From assembly GCA_004376575.1 (NCBI GenBank), contig SOJN01000075.1, positions 15,842 to 79,841 on the forward strand: a stretch of DNA of 64,000 bases, read 5' to 3'. Source of the DNA: a candidate division TA06 bacterium (GTDB lineage: Bacteria; Hydrothermota; DG-26; E44-bin18). The notes under the pieces are model-generated. The model made no database searches. It saw only the letters and a program-made list of their open reading frames with translations, and had not been told where the DNA came from. The position numbers and the translations under genes were made by a program. Within the stretch, counting starts at the first letter, position 1, and every line of letters starts with the position of its first letter. Of the stretch, positions 10,363-20,351 are shown piece by piece.

Positions 10363-11108
10363 TCCACGCCCCCAAATCTCCTTTCTCTCTTTTGAAAATC
10401 AGCAATTGCCTTGAATAGTTCATTGCGAGTGAAATCCGGCCATAGAAGATCCGTGACCCATATCTCGCTGTAGGCTATCTGCCACAGAAGGAAGTTTGAG
10501 ACTCGAAGCTCGCCACTCGTCCGGATCAGCAAATCCGGGTCCGGAACATCTGGCGCATAGAGGAATTGTCCAAAGGTGTCTTCGTTGATCTCCTCGGGAG
10601 CGAGTCTGCCGTCCAGGACCCTTTTTGCTGCCCTTGATGCTGCATCCGCTATCTCACCCCTCCCACCGTAGCTCAACGCAAGGATGAGAGTCAGCCCTTT
10701 GTTGTCACGGGTCTTGTCAACTGCCCTGGACAACTCCTTTTGCACAAAATCAGGTAGATCGTTAATCCTTCCTATCGCCATTACCCTCACGTCGTTCTCG
10801 TCAAGCTCCTTGATTTCGTTCCTCAGGAGGTTCCGGAGAATCCTCATCAGTGCCGAAACCTCAGCCTTTGGACGCCTCCAGTTTTCTCTCGAAAAGGTGT
10901 AGAGGGTGAGGTACTTGATGTCAATCTGCGAACATGCCTTCACCACATCACGCACAGATTCTATTCCAGCCTTATGGCCGAAGATTCTGGGCCTGCCCCT
11001 ATCCCTGGCCCACCTCCCATTTCCGTCCATGATTATGGCAATGTGCTGGGGGAGTTCCCCGGGATCTAACCCAACTTCATGCGGATGAATCTTCTTCTCT
11101 TTGGCCAT
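10359..11108 (-). CDS. uppS: isoprenyl transferase (undecaprenyl-diphosphate synthase)
   Basis: 249 aa; 'HIAIIMDGNGRWA' and 'LTLYTFSRENWRRP' cis-prenyltransferase motifs. Confidence 0.95.
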   Translation of the reverse strand: MAKEKKIHPHEVGLDPGELPQHIAIIMDGNGRWARDRGRPRIFGHKAGIESVRDVVKACSQIDIKYLTLYTFSRENWRRPKAEVSALMRILRNLLRNEIKELDENDVRVMAIGRINDLPDFVQKELSRAVDKTRDNKGLTLILALSYGGRGEIADAASRAAKRVLDGRLAPEEINEDTFGQFLYAPDVPDPDLLIRTSGELRVSNFLLWQIAYSEIWVTDLLWPDFTRNELFKAIADFQKRERRFGGVE

Positions 11109-11136
11109 TTGATTCAGAAAGGTAGGTGAACAAGGA

Positions 11137-11694
11137 TCAGACGGTCATTATCTCTTCTTCTTTCTTCTCGAGAATCTCGTCAACATTCTTTGAGTAGTTG
11201 TCGGTCAACTCCTGTGTTTTCTTCTGCGCCCGCCTCGCCTCATCTTCAGAGATCTCTCCGTCCTTCTCGGCGGCCTTGAGCCGTTCGTTAGCATCCCTTC
11301 TCACGTTTCGGATTGCCACCCTTCCCTCTTCAGCAAGCTTCTTGACCAACTTCACCAGCTCTTTTCTTCTTTCTTCCGTTAAAGATGGAACGTGCAACCT
11401 TATCACGTTTCCGTCACTTGAGGGTGTAAGCCCCAGATCCGATTTGAGTATCGCTTTCTCCACCTCTCCCAGAAGGCTTCTATCCCACGGGTGTACAACA
11501 ATCAGTTTGGGATCCGGCACACCTACATTTGCCACCTGCTTTACAGGAACCATTGAACCATACGCACTCACCTTGATTCCATCAAGAAGTGTGGCGCTGG
11601 CTCTGCCCGTTCTTATTCCACCAAGCTCCCGGAATACCGAATCAACTGCTTTGTTCATTTTTTGTTCGCATTCTCCCAGAATCTCCTTTATCAT
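11137..11694 (-). CDS. frr: ribosome recycling factor
   Basis: 185 aa; typical Frr sequence and position after pyrH. Confidence 0.95.
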   Translation of the reverse strand: MIKEILGECEQKMNKAVDSVFRELGGIRTGRASATLLDGIKVSAYGSMVPVKQVANVGVPDPKLIVVHPWDRSLLGEVEKAILKSDLGLTPSSDGNVIRLHVPSLTEERRKELVKLVKKLAEEGRVAIRNVRRDANERLKAAEKDGEISEDEARRAQKKTQELTDNYSKNVDEILEKKEEEIMTV

Positions 11695-11713
11695 CTCCCT
11701 CCTCCGTTGTTTC

Positions 11714-12430
11714 TTAACTGGAAATACGTGTCCCTATCTTGCTCCCCATGATGGCTTTGAGAAGATTGCCTTCCTTCAGAACGTCAAACACTATTATGGG
11801 AAGCGAGTTCTCCATACAGAGTGAGACTGCTGTTGCGTCCAAAACCTTAAGTCCTCTTTCTAAGAACCGAATGTAGGATAGGGTTTCGAACTTTCGGGCC
11901 TTCGCGTTTGTCTTGGGATCAGAGTCATAAACACCGTCTACTTTTGTACCTTTAAGCAGCACTTGAGCATTCATCTCAACGGCTCTGAGCGCTGCGGCTG
12001 TATCTGTGGTGAAGTACGGATTCCCCGTACCTGAAACGAAGATTACCACCTTTTCGCTATCCAGATACCTCAGAACCGTTCTTCTGGTAGCTGGCTCCGT
12101 TATCTGGCCGATATCAATTGTGCTCAGAAGAGGTGCTTTTATTCCGGCCCGTTCAAGGTAGTCCTGGAGCGCAAGTCCATTTACGACCGTCCCCAGCATA
12201 CCCATGTAGTCGGCACACGCCCTATCCACACCCAGACCCTCAGACCTTGCTCCTCTCACAATGTTACCGCCGCCCACCATCAGACCGAGCCTGACTCCAG
12301 CTTTCTCCACAGACTTCACTTCAGAGGATATACGAGAAAGAAAAACGGGGTCAAGTCCCCACCTGTCACCCCCGGCCAGGACCTCCCCGCTCAATTTGAG
12401 CAGCACATTTTTGTACTTCGGCTCCGCCAT
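11714..12430 (-). CDS. pyrH: UMP kinase
   Basis: 238 aa; 'VLLKLSGE' and 'MVGGGNI' amino-acid kinase motifs. Confidence 0.95.
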   Translation of the reverse strand: MAEPKYKNVLLKLSGEVLAGGDRWGLDPVFLSRISSEVKSVEKAGVRLGLMVGGGNIVRGARSEGLGVDRACADYMGMLGTVVNGLALQDYLERAGIKAPLLSTIDIGQITEPATRRTVLRYLDSEKVVIFVSGTGNPYFTTDTAAALRAVEMNAQVLLKGTKVDGVYDSDPKTNAKARKFETLSYIRFLERGLKVLDATAVSLCMENSLPIIVFDVLKEGNLLKAIMGSKIGTRISS

Positions 12431-13024
12431 CTATTCACCCAGCCTGAATCTGGCGAACCTCTTTATCGTTATGTTTTCCCCTGTTTTGGCAATCAACTCC
12501 TTGAGAAGCGTCTCCACTGTTTTGTCCGGATCTTTTACAAATGGTTGCTCAAGAAGGCAGACCTCAGCATAGTACTTCTCCATCTTGCCCTTTACTATTT
12601 TTTCTACAATGCCCTCTGGCTTTCCAGAAGAAAGCGCCTGGGTTCTGTATATTGACTCCTCTTTTTCCACCAGATCCTCTGGCATCTCTTCCCTTGATCC
12701 GACGAGCGGATTGGTGGCGGCCACCTGCATGGAGATGTCTCTAACAAATCCTTTGAACTCAGATGTTTTGGCCACGAAATCAGTCTCACAGTTCACCTCA
12801 AGAAGGACGCCGAGCCTGCTACCTGGATGGATGTATGCCTCTATGATTCCTTCTCTGGTCACCCGCCCCATTCTCTTCTCTGCCTTGGCAATCCCTTGCT
12901 TCCTGAGATGTTCAATGGCTTTGTCCACGTCTCCGTTCGTAGCTTCAAGAGCTCGCTTGCAATCCATGAATCCCACACCAGTCTTTTCCCGTAACTCCTT
13001 CACCTGTTGGGGCGTTGGACTCAT
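12431..13024 (-). CDS. tsf: elongation factor Ts (short form)
   Basis: 197 aa; N-terminal UBA-like 'VKELREKTGVGFMDCKRALE'; rpsB-tsf-pyrH-frr synteny. Confidence 0.9.
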   Translation of the reverse strand: MSPTPQQVKELREKTGVGFMDCKRALEATNGDVDKAIEHLRKQGIAKAEKRMGRVTREGIIEAYIHPGSRLGVLLEVNCETDFVAKTSEFKGFVRDISMQVAATNPLVGSREEMPEDLVEKEESIYRTQALSSGKPEGIVEKIVKGKMEKYYAEVCLLEQPFVKDPDKTVETLLKELIAKTGENITIKRFARFRLGE

Positions 13025-13042
13025 TAGAGTTTCCTCTCCCGT

Positions 13043-13774
13043 CTATTCCTCTTTTTTGCCGCCTTCGTCTTCCTCACTGGAACTCTTAGCGATAAGTTCT
13101 TTGCCTTCCACAACAGCATTGGCCATCAGACTGGTAATGAGTTTAATGGATCTTATGGCATCGTCATTACCTGGCACAGGATAATCAATAGGATCAGGGT
13201 CTATGTTGGTATCCACAATGCTCACTATTGGGATTTTGAGCCTGCAAGCCTCGTTTACCACTATCCTCTCCTTGTGCGCATCAACCAAATAGACCATCGT
13301 GGGCAAATCCTCCATAGCTTTTATGCCTGACAGCACTTTGTCATACTTCTTGTATTCTCTCTCCAGTCGGAGAACTTCCTTCTTGGGAAGGAGGCCAAAA
13401 GCTCCATTGCCCCGCATTTTCTCTATCTGCTTCATCCGATCGACAGTCTTTCTAATGGTTCTGAAGTTCGTCAGCATTCCTCCCAGCCATCTTTCAGAAA
13501 CGTAGAAGGCACCACACCTCTCACCCTCTTCCTTTACAGAATCTTTGGCCTGCCTTTTCGTTCCCACAAACAGGATCGTTCCACCTCCAGCTATGTTATC
13601 ACGAATGGCGGTATATGCCTCCTTCAGTTTCACAAGTGTCTTCTGGAGATTGATTATGTATATCCCATTCCTCTCCGCGAATATGAACCTTTTCATCTTG
13701 GGATTCCACCTGCGAGTCTTGTGTCCGAAATGAACGCCCGCCTCCAGAAGCTCCTTCATTGAAACAAGAGCCAA
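13043..13774 (-). CDS. rpsB: 30S ribosomal protein S2
   Basis: 243 aa; '[10 protein letters not shown]' S2 signature. Confidence 0.95.
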   Translation of the reverse strand: MALVSMKELLEAGVHFGHKTRRWNPKMKRFIFAERNGIYIINLQKTLVKLKEAYTAIRDNIAGGGTILFVGTKRQAKDSVKEEGERCGAFYVSERWLGGMLTNFRTIRKTVDRMKQIEKMRGNGAFGLLPKKEVLRLEREYKKYDKVLSGIKAMEDLPTMVYLVDAHKERIVVNEACRLKIPIVSIVDTNIDPDPIDYPVPGNDDAIRSIKLITSLMANAVVEGKELIAKSSSEEDEGGKKEE

Positions 13775-13826
13775 ACTTCACCTCCCTTCGAAAATAGTAT
13801 ATTGAGCGGCCTCTCCAGAAGAAGTA

Positions 13827-14219
13827 TCACCTCTTCGAGAACTGATACCTCTTCCGCCTTTTGGCCAGACCATACTTCTCCCTCTCTTTACGTCTCGGAT
13901 CTCTAGTAACCAGCCCTGCCGCTTTCAGATTACTCCTCAGCGTTTCGTCAAACGCAATCAGAGCCTTGGCAATACCGAGCTGCACAGCGCCGGCCTGTCC
14001 ACTTACCCCACCTCCCGTAGCGTCAGCCTTCACGTCGAATTTGTCAAGGTTCTCTGTCAGCCTCAGAGGCCGCTCCACAAGAGCAACCAGACTGTCTCTG
14101 CCGAAGTAGTCTTTAAGACTCCTGCCATTGACAGTGTTCTTCCCTTTTCCCAGAACTAACCTGACGCGTGCCACGGATTCTTTTCTTCGTCCGAGTGAGT
14201 CGTAGTATAACTCTGCCAT
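13827..14219 (-). CDS. rpsI: 30S ribosomal protein S9
   Basis: 130 aa; C-terminal 'GLVTRDPRRKEREKYGLAKRRKRYQFSKR'. Confidence 0.95.
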   Translation of the reverse strand: MAELYYDSLGRRKESVARVRLVLGKGKNTVNGRSLKDYFGRDSLVALVERPLRLTENLDKFDVKADATGGGVSGQAGAVQLGIAKALIAFDETLRSNLKAAGLVTRDPRRKEREKYGLAKRRKRYQFSKR

Positions 14220-14278
14220 TTCACCTCCAATATCAGAACTCGACCTGGCCCGGCAAAAAGGTTGAACCAGGAGAGTCC

Positions 14279-14707
14279 TTACAATATGAGCTCCACCGGC
14301 TTCTGAGCCTCGTGAGGATGCTCGCTGCCCCCGTAAACCTTGAGCCTCTTCATCATCCTGGCCCTCAGCTTGTTGTCGGGCAACATCCCTTTGACCGCAT
14401 GCCTTATCACCCTGTCAGGGTGTCTTTCTATCATTCGCTCAAAGGACTCTGCCTTCAGACTTCCTATGTAGCCTGAGTGCCTGTAGTACATCTTCTCCTT
14501 GCGCTTCTTCCCGGAAACATACACCTGACTTGCATTTATGCAGACGACAAAGTCTCCGTTGTCCACATGGGGAGTATAGTCTTTCTTGTCCTTGCCGTGC
14601 AGTTTCCGAGCAATCTTGGTTGCAAGCCTTCCCAGAACTCGGCCCTTGGCATCCACTATGAACCAGGTTCTTTTCACATCCTCTTTTCTCAAACTCTTAG
14701 TGGTCAT
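14279..14707 (-). CDS. rplM: 50S ribosomal protein L13
   Basis: L13 sequence begins at the internal Met '[22 protein letters not shown]'; the longer ORF to 14830 is an upstream extension with no L13 similarity. Confidence 0.85.
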   Translation of the reverse strand: MTTKSLRKEDVKRTWFIVDAKGRVLGRLATKIARKLHGKDKKDYTPHVDNGDFVVCINASQVYVSGKKRKEKMYYRHSGYIGSLKAESFERMIERHPDRVIRHAVKGMLPDNKLRARMMKRLKVYGGSEHPHEAQKPVELIL

Positions 14708-14740
14708 ACTCTGGTCCGTTGTTGTTGATAGGTTGCGCAA

Positions 14741-14779
14741 GCAAACAGACAGCTTACCAGATTGGCCTTTTCCTGTCAA
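14741..14779 (-). promoter_or_regulatory. putative sigma-70 promoter for rplM-rpsI
   Basis: Minus-strand TTGACA, 17 nt, TAAGCT, about 35-70 nt upstream of the rplM start. Confidence 0.4.
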
Positions 14780-14857
14780 CCCCGAAACGATGCTTGTCTC
14801 ATGCTCCAGGCTATGCGAGAAAACACACAAACTCCAGCGTAGGGCGTACAGCGATTT

Positions 14858-15343
14858 TCAGGATTCTCGGCAGTATTTCTCTACTATTCTCCCGATAATG
14901 TCTCTTGTAGAGCGGCCTTCCAGGAGGTCGATTGTGACCACCTTACCACCAACCTTCTCCACAGTGTCCCTGCCTACAACCTCGTCTATCTTCCAGTCTC
15001 CGCCCTTGGCAAGCACGTCGGGGACAAGCAGTTCTATCAGTTCAGATGGTGTCTCGTCATCAAAGCTTGTCACATAGTCAACGCACTTTAGAGAAGCAAG
15101 CACAGCCATTCTGTCTTCAAGAGGAACGATCGGCCTCTCGTCGCCTTTTATTTTCTTGGTCGACGAGTCTGTGTTCACGCCGACAATCAACATGTCCCCG
15201 AGTTCTCCCGCAGCTCTTAGATACTCCACGTGGCCGCGGTGGAGGATGTCGAAACATCCGTTGGTAAAGACGACTCTTTTGCCATCCTCTTTCGCCTTTT
15301 GCCTGACTTTTACAATCTCTTCCTGTGAAACCACCTGACCCAC
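14858..15343 (-). CDS. cytidylyltransferase-like nucleotidyltransferase, HldE domain II-like (D-glycero-beta-D-manno-heptose-1-phosphate adenylyltransferase)
   Basis: 161 aa; 'VFTNGCFDILHRGHVEYL' HxGH nucleotidyltransferase motif; adjacent to an RfaE-I kinase homolog. Confidence 0.7.
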   Translation of the reverse strand: MGQVVSQEEIVKVRQKAKEDGKRVVFTNGCFDILHRGHVEYLRAAGELGDMLIVGVNTDSSTKKIKGDERPIVPLEDRMAVLASLKCVDYVTSFDDETPSELIELLVPDVLAKGGDWKIDEVVGRDTVEKVGGKVVTIDLLEGRSTRDIIGRIVEKYCRES

Positions 15344-15377
15344 AATCTCCCCTCAGGCCAACATGGATGTTTGGCCG

Positions 15378-16376
15378 TCAACTGCCTTCTATGGCATCAC
15401 CAGAGTCCTTGCCACATTCAAGCAGTTCCTGCCGGGTCACGACCGCAGTACCAAACTTGGAAACCTCAACGCTCGCCGCGCAGTTGGCAATCACTGCTCC
15501 CTCCCTCAAGGATGCACCTGCGGCCACGGCAAGGGTCATGACCGCGATGACCGTGTCGCCGGCTCCCGATGGGTCGTATATCTCTTTGAGTAAAGCGGGC
15601 ACAGACCAGAACCCCACATCATCAAGGAGCACCATCCCCTCAGACCCTCTGGTCATCAGAATAGGGGAGCCGTCCAGCCTCGACATCAGTTCTCTACAGC
15701 ACTCCTCAAGCTGGGTCACTCCCTTGATTCTCAATCCCAGGACAGCCTCTGCCTCCCTCTGGTTGGGCTTGAAAAGACTGACTCCCTTGTAGTCGAAGAA
15801 GTGTTTCCTTTTGGGGTCAGCTGTGCAGAATTTCCCGGCATCTTTAGCAATCTGTACAACCTCTTCTGCCAGACCTCCGCCAAATATTCCCTTATCGTAA
15901 TCTTCCAGAACAACACCGTCCACTCCGTCAATGTTCTTCCTGACCTCACTCAGAAGTCTACACCTCGCTTCCTCAGCTAAAGGTTCAGTGTTCTCCCTAT
16001 CAACTCTCACCACCTGCTGTGAATGGGCTATCACCCTTGACTTCTGTGTTGTATGTCTGTCGTTCGTCTTGACAATGGACGAACTGTTCAAACCCAGACC
16101 TGCTACCAAATCCAGAAGCTTCCTTCCAGAGAGGTCATCCCCCACAACTCCAACCAGCACGGGTTTTCCTCCCAGAGATGCAATGTTACCTGCCACATTA
16201 GCCGCTCCACCCGGGCGAATCGATTCGGATGTTATCTCTACAATGGGAACCGGAGCTTCCGGTGATATCCTTGAAACTCTTCCCCAGAGATACTCATCAA
16301 GCATCAAATCACCTATGACGAGTATCTTCTTGTCTACAAAACCAGAGACGAGTTCAGCGAACCTTTTCTTTTCCAC
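15378..16376 (-). CDS. carbohydrate kinase, HldE domain I-like (D-glycero-beta-D-manno-heptose-7-phosphate kinase)
   Basis: 332 aa PfkB-family fold; 'ILVIGDLMLDEY', 'PGGAANVA', C-terminal 'GAGDTV' motif. Confidence 0.75.
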   Translation of the reverse strand: MEKKRFAELVSGFVDKKILVIGDLMLDEYLWGRVSRISPEAPVPIVEITSESIRPGGAANVAGNIASLGGKPVLVGVVGDDLSGRKLLDLVAGLGLNSSSIVKTNDRHTTQKSRVIAHSQQVVRVDRENTEPLAEEARCRLLSEVRKNIDGVDGVVLEDYDKGIFGGGLAEEVVQIAKDAGKFCTADPKRKHFFDYKGVSLFKPNQREAEAVLGLRIKGVTQLEECCRELMSRLDGSPILMTRGSEGMVLLDDVGFWSVPALLKEIYDPSGAGDTVIAVMTLAVAAGASLREGAVIANCAASVEVSKFGTAVVTRQELLECGKDSGDAIEGS

Positions 16377-16932
16377 TTTTCAGTTCCTTCTCGTGAAGCG
16401 TCAAGAAGAGCTCCCTTGTCCTCTCAAAATACTTGATCGCGTTATCAGTCCGATAATCTGGATACGACCATCTCACCGGAATGAAAGAACCATGCTCAAA
16501 TATTAGCGTAACCTCTGCAAATATTCCACCCCAAAGATATATTCTATGAGAGAAGTTCTTCGTCGAGGCGAGCACAAGTTTTGAACCTGACACAAAGCCA
16601 GGATCAAGATTTACTCTCCGTCTCCCATCGGCGTCGGCCAGATCCCTTTCCATCCCAATCGCCTTCAGTTTTGCCCTCACTATCTCGGGCTGCGAAAATG
16701 TCCCCTCAAAACTGACCCACTCCCTTAAAAGGTCTTTCCCCATCTCAGGTTCGTAGTAGTCTGTAAAATCGAAGTTGATCAGTTCACTCCTGGTATCAAT
16801 CTTCCCGAATGCGTCCTCCAGCAACCTTTGAGCCGAAGAGAGAGCTGCCTCTTTTCCAATGAGGCCACATATGAGCTTGGCTTCGGGAGATATCTCCTCC
16901 AGCACAGTTCTCTTCTGTCCCTTCATCGCCAA
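16354..16932 (-). CDS. hypothetical protein (DUF4416-like)
   Basis: 192 aa soluble ORF with 'RVNLDPGF' motif resembling DUF4416; assignment from memory only. Confidence 0.4.
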   Translation of the reverse strand: MAMKGQKRTVLEEISPEAKLICGLIGKEAALSSAQRLLEDAFGKIDTRSELINFDFTDYYEPEMGKDLLREWVSFEGTFSQPEIVRAKLKAIGMERDLADADGRRRVNLDPGFVSGSKLVLASTKNFSHRIYLWGGIFAEVTLIFEHGSFIPVRWSYPDYRTDNAIKYFERTRELFLTLHEKELKSGKEKVR

Positions 16933-17690
16933 AGGTAGCCAAGGTAAATTCTGATAAGTTGAGCTCCCCAGAAAAGGCTGATTATTGAGCCTACTGCTAT
17001 GAAGGAACCGAAAGGAATCTCGGAGCCACCCTTTTTTCCCCTTAGAGCCATGATCGCCGCGCCCACGACCGCACCAAGGACGACTGAGAGAAAAAGACTC
17101 ACCAGCAAGAGCTTCCAGCCGAGAAAGATGCCCACCACTGCTGCCATTTTGATGTCACCGTCCCCCATCGCCTCCTTCTTGAAGATGAGCCGGCCAAGCC
17201 AGCCCACAAAAAACAGCACGCAAAATCCAAGGACCATCCCCAAAAGGCCGCTGACGATCTCCCCCGTTAATGCTGTGAAGATGAGTCCCAGAACGAGTGA
17301 AGGATAGATCACCCTGTCCGGGATGATCCGTTTGTCTATGTCAGTAAAGAAGATGACCAGCAGGGCAAGGCAAAAGTACCCGTATCCAAAGAATTCAATA
17401 GTCGGGCCGAATTTCATATAGACCAGCACAAGCATAAGAGCAGACGCGACCTCGACCACAGGGTATCGGAAGCTTATCCTCTGTCCGCAGTTACGGCATC
17501 TACCCTTGAGGAGGAGATAGCTCAACACAGGAATGTTGTCGCGTGACCTGATCGGCTCCCCACACTTTGGACAATGTGATCCCGGTCTCACTATCGATTT
17601 GCCTGAAGGAAGCCTGTGTATGCAGACGTTGAGAAAGGAACCTATGGCGAGTCCAAAGACAACAATGGCCGCGTACGATATGACCTGCAA
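16923..17690 (-). CDS. pilD: A24-family prepilin peptidase (type IV prepilin leader peptidase)
   Basis: 255 aa; N-terminal tetra-Cys 'CPKCGEPI...CRNCGQRI' zinc motif followed by polytopic membrane domain with acidic residues. Confidence 0.85.
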   Translation of the reverse strand: MQVISYAAIVVFGLAIGSFLNVCIHRLPSGKSIVRPGSHCPKCGEPIRSRDNIPVLSYLLLKGRCRNCGQRISFRYPVVEVASALMLVLVYMKFGPTIEFFGYGYFCLALLVIFFTDIDKRIIPDRVIYPSLVLGLIFTALTGEIVSGLLGMVLGFCVLFFVGWLGRLIFKKEAMGDGDIKMAAVVGIFLGWKLLLVSLFLSVVLGAVVGAAIMALRGKKGGSEIPFGSFIAVGSIISLFWGAQLIRIYLGYLWR

Positions 17691-18548
17691 TTACTCCTCT
17701 TTCCTTAAGGGACCTGAGGCAGGTTCAATCCTTCTCCGCCTCCAGTTGAATACGAAAGTGTCGCCGTCCGGAGCTACGGGCAGTTTCCGGACCAGGCCGG
17801 CCTCCACCAGCTCTGAAAGCGCATAAGGATAGCGGCCGAACCTTTTTCTGTATTCATTGACCTTCTCATCCAGTATCTCCGAGACGAGTCTCTTCCAGTA
17901 TCTGAGAGCAGTTACCTTCTCAACTTCGTTTTCTGAGCGGGTATAGATCTCGCCCCACAGATTTATCGCGGTTATCCTATCCCCACCCCTTTGGTATGAG
18001 AATGAGGCGAACCTGGCTGCCATCTCAGGCGCTCCATCCTTTGTGGAAGCCATCTCAAAATACTTCCCCGCCTTGAAAAAGTCTCTTAGGAAAACGTAGT
18101 AGATAAATCCCTTGGTGAAAGGTATTCTCCAGTTGTGAGGGTTGTTGCGCATCCCCTTATCAAGTAGCAAAAGGGCCCTCTCCGGCTCCTTTGCGTCGTC
18201 TGCAAGAAGTAAAGAACCGAACGTATAGGCGTCTGTGAACCTGGGATTCAGGGTTGTCAGGATGTCAAATATGTGACCCAGATATTCAAACTTCAGGTCT
18301 GTCAATCGGTGTTGGCCATAGTACTGTATCGCTCTCAGCCAGACAAGGTCTGCGGCCAGGTTGTCGTAGCCGACAGTTGCTACCCGCATAAACTTCCCTG
18401 ATGGGAAATACATCAATTCTCTGACAATTGCCTCTCTGGGTTTTCTTATCCTGTCAATTCTCGTCTGAATGAAGAAGACGCCGCTGCCTGCGGCGCAAAT
18501 GAGTAACCCTATGAGTAGACCATGGACAATTCTGGTGATACGTCTCAA
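17691..18548 (-). CDS. hypothetical membrane-anchored protein
   Basis: ORF 17691..18641 overlaps the upstream ABC permease by 97 nt; a TTG start at 18548 with GAGGAGAG RBS overlaps the permease TGA (TTGA), which suggests a coupled start; one N-terminal TM helix then a soluble domain. Confidence 0.45.
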   Translation of the reverse strand: MRRITRIVHGLLIGLLICAAGSGVFFIQTRIDRIRKPREAIVRELMYFPSGKFMRVATVGYDNLAADLVWLRAIQYYGQHRLTDLKFEYLGHIFDILTTLNPRFTDAYTFGSLLLADDAKEPERALLLLDKGMRNNPHNWRIPFTKGFIYYVFLRDFFKAGKYFEMASTKDGAPEMAARFASFSYQRGGDRITAINLWGEIYTRSENEVEKVTALRYWKRLVSEILDEKVNEYRKRFGRYPYALSELVEAGLVRKLPVAPDGDTFVFNWRRRRIEPASGPLRKEE

Positions 18549-19330
18549 AAATCTCTCCTCTGAAAGATGACCATGGATACGCTCAGGGCAACTATCGTGT
18601 AGATGAGTCCGTAGGTTATCGCATACACAATTTGAGACCACGGGACCGGCACATTATGAACAACCTCACCCCTTATGTTGAAGTTCGAAAGATTGGGAAG
18701 AACATAGTAGGCAAAGTTTGTAACCAGCTTGACCACAGCAGATTCTGAAATCTCTCCCAGTGCGCGAAGGTCCCTGGTAACGTGGCCAAGAAAGAAAACC
18801 GCAAACGCAAAGACTCCGCTGCCCACGGGCGTGGCAAAGGTGCTGAACAGTATGGCGATTGCAGTTATGACAGCCAGCTCAAAGAAGGTGAGCAGCACCG
18901 CTTTCCAGAGGTGTACGTGCAGGCTCCCTTCAGTTACTAGCACATAAAGGGTGAAGGCAAAACTCATGATGAGCACTACCAGAAACAGCACACACAACAG
19001 CCCGAGGTACTTGCCCAGCAGAAACTGCCATCTCTCAATCGGTTTTGGGACTATCAAGTAGGCAGTCTTTTTCTCTATCTCCTCATACACAAGCCTCGTC
19101 CCGGTCAGGATTGCGATAAGAGTCCCGAAGATTGAGATGGCAGCAAGGCCAAGGTCTTTCGATATCCTGGGCGCCTCCCCCAGGCTCAAGGGCCCGATTA
19201 TTATCCCGCTGGCCATGGTGAGTACGCCAAAAAAAAGGAGGACATAGAGGACCTTGTCTCTTATCGCCTGCCTGAACGTGTTCTTAACGACTGCAGCTAT
19301 TCTCAAGTGCCTTCCCCCAATAAGCTCCAA
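18545..19330 (-). CDS. ABC-2 family transporter permease
   Basis: 261 aa, about 6 TM segments, ABC-2-type permease topology; downstream of an ABC ATPase. Confidence 0.7.
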   Translation of the reverse strand: MELIGGRHLRIAAVVKNTFRQAIRDKVLYVLLFFGVLTMASGIIIGPLSLGEAPRISKDLGLAAISIFGTLIAILTGTRLVYEEIEKKTAYLIVPKPIERWQFLLGKYLGLLCVLFLVVLIMSFAFTLYVLVTEGSLHVHLWKAVLLTFFELAVITAIAILFSTFATPVGSGVFAFAVFFLGHVTRDLRALGEISESAVVKLVTNFAYYVLPNLSNFNIRGEVVHNVPVPWSQIVYAITYGLIYTIVALSVSMVIFQRRDF

Positions 19331-20255
19331 TCTCTTTCATGAAATGCTCTTCCAATGTTTTCTTTCTCGGAACGAGGGAAACCACCCGACCACCTGCGGC
19401 CAGTATCTCGCCTTGAATCTTACTGGCAACTTCTGGATGACTCACCTCTATCATCACTCTATCTCCGCTCACGATAACCCTCTCCCCCTTGGCCCCCAGT
19501 TTCTCCAGATGGGAACCGTCCAGCCCTTCGACAGTGATCTCAATAGATTCGACCTCTTCTTTCAGCAGTTCATCCAGTCTGCCCACGCTCATTAACCTCC
19601 CGTTGATCAGTATCCCCACTCTGTCGCATATCATCTCCACATCAGGGAGAATGTGGCTGGAGAAGAAGACAGTCTTCCCTTCCTTTTTCATCTTCAGTAT
19701 TATGTCTCTCACATCCCTCCTTCCGATGGGGTCAAGTCCGGCGAGGGGCTCATCGAGTATCACCAGCTCAGGGTCATTAATTAGAGCCTGGGCCAGGCCT
19801 ATCCGCTGCAGCATCCCCCTTGAGTAAGAACTTATTCTCATCCTACCAGCATCCCTGAGGTCAACCATGTCCAGGAGCTGCTCAACCTTTACCCTTCTTT
19901 TGTCTGTCCGCATCCCGAATATCTGGGCGCAAAAATCGAGAAGCTCCACGCCAGTCAGATACGGATAGAAATACGGCTGCTCGGGAAGAAAACCCATCTT
20001 CATCCTCAAGGATGCATTTCCCAGTTTTTCTCCAAAAAGAAGGGCTTCTCCGGAAGTAGGACTGAGAAGGCCGGTCAGCATTTTGATGGTTGTCGTTTTT
20101 CCAGCAGCGTTGGGACCCAAGAATCCAAATATCTCCCCCTCAACCACCGCAACGGAAAGCCCATCAACTGCCTTCACCTTCTTCTGCGCGATTGGACTTT
20201 TGTATATCTTTGTCAAGAGACGAGTTTCCAGTACTGGTTTCATTCTCTCCTCCAA
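19284..20255 (-). CDS. ABC transporter ATP-binding protein
   Basis: 323 aa; Walker A 'GPNAAGKTT', signature 'YSRGMLQR', Walker B 'LVILDEP'. Confidence 0.9.
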   Translation of the reverse strand: MEERMKPVLETRLLTKIYKSPIAQKKVKAVDGLSVAVVEGEIFGFLGPNAAGKTTTIKMLTGLLSPTSGEALLFGEKLGNASLRMKMGFLPEQPYFYPYLTGVELLDFCAQIFGMRTDKRRVKVEQLLDMVDLRDAGRMRISSYSRGMLQRIGLAQALINDPELVILDEPLAGLDPIGRRDVRDIILKMKKEGKTVFFSSHILPDVEMICDRVGILINGRLMSVGRLDELLKEEVESIEITVEGLDGSHLEKLGAKGERVIVSGDRVMIEVSHPEVASKIQGEILAAGGRVVSLVPRKKTLEEHFMKEIGAYWGKALENSCSR

Positions 20256-20299
20256 ACGCCCAAGCCCATAGTATATATAGACTTTCAGCCCCTGTCAAT

Positions 20300-20335
20300 G
20301 GAAAAATGGCAGGCCCGGAGCCTGCCATTTTTTCC
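20300..20335 (-). terminator. rho-independent (bidirectional) terminator downstream of pilin 1
   Basis: Perfect stem AATGGCAGGC/GCCTGCCATT flanked by A5/T6 runs. Confidence 0.75.
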
Positions 20336-20351
20336 ACAAGGCAACTCAAAA

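Noticed and set aside
14708-14830. N-terminal 41-codon extension of the rplM ORF
   Set aside because: L13 homology starts at the internal Met; the extension covers the predicted promoter and leader
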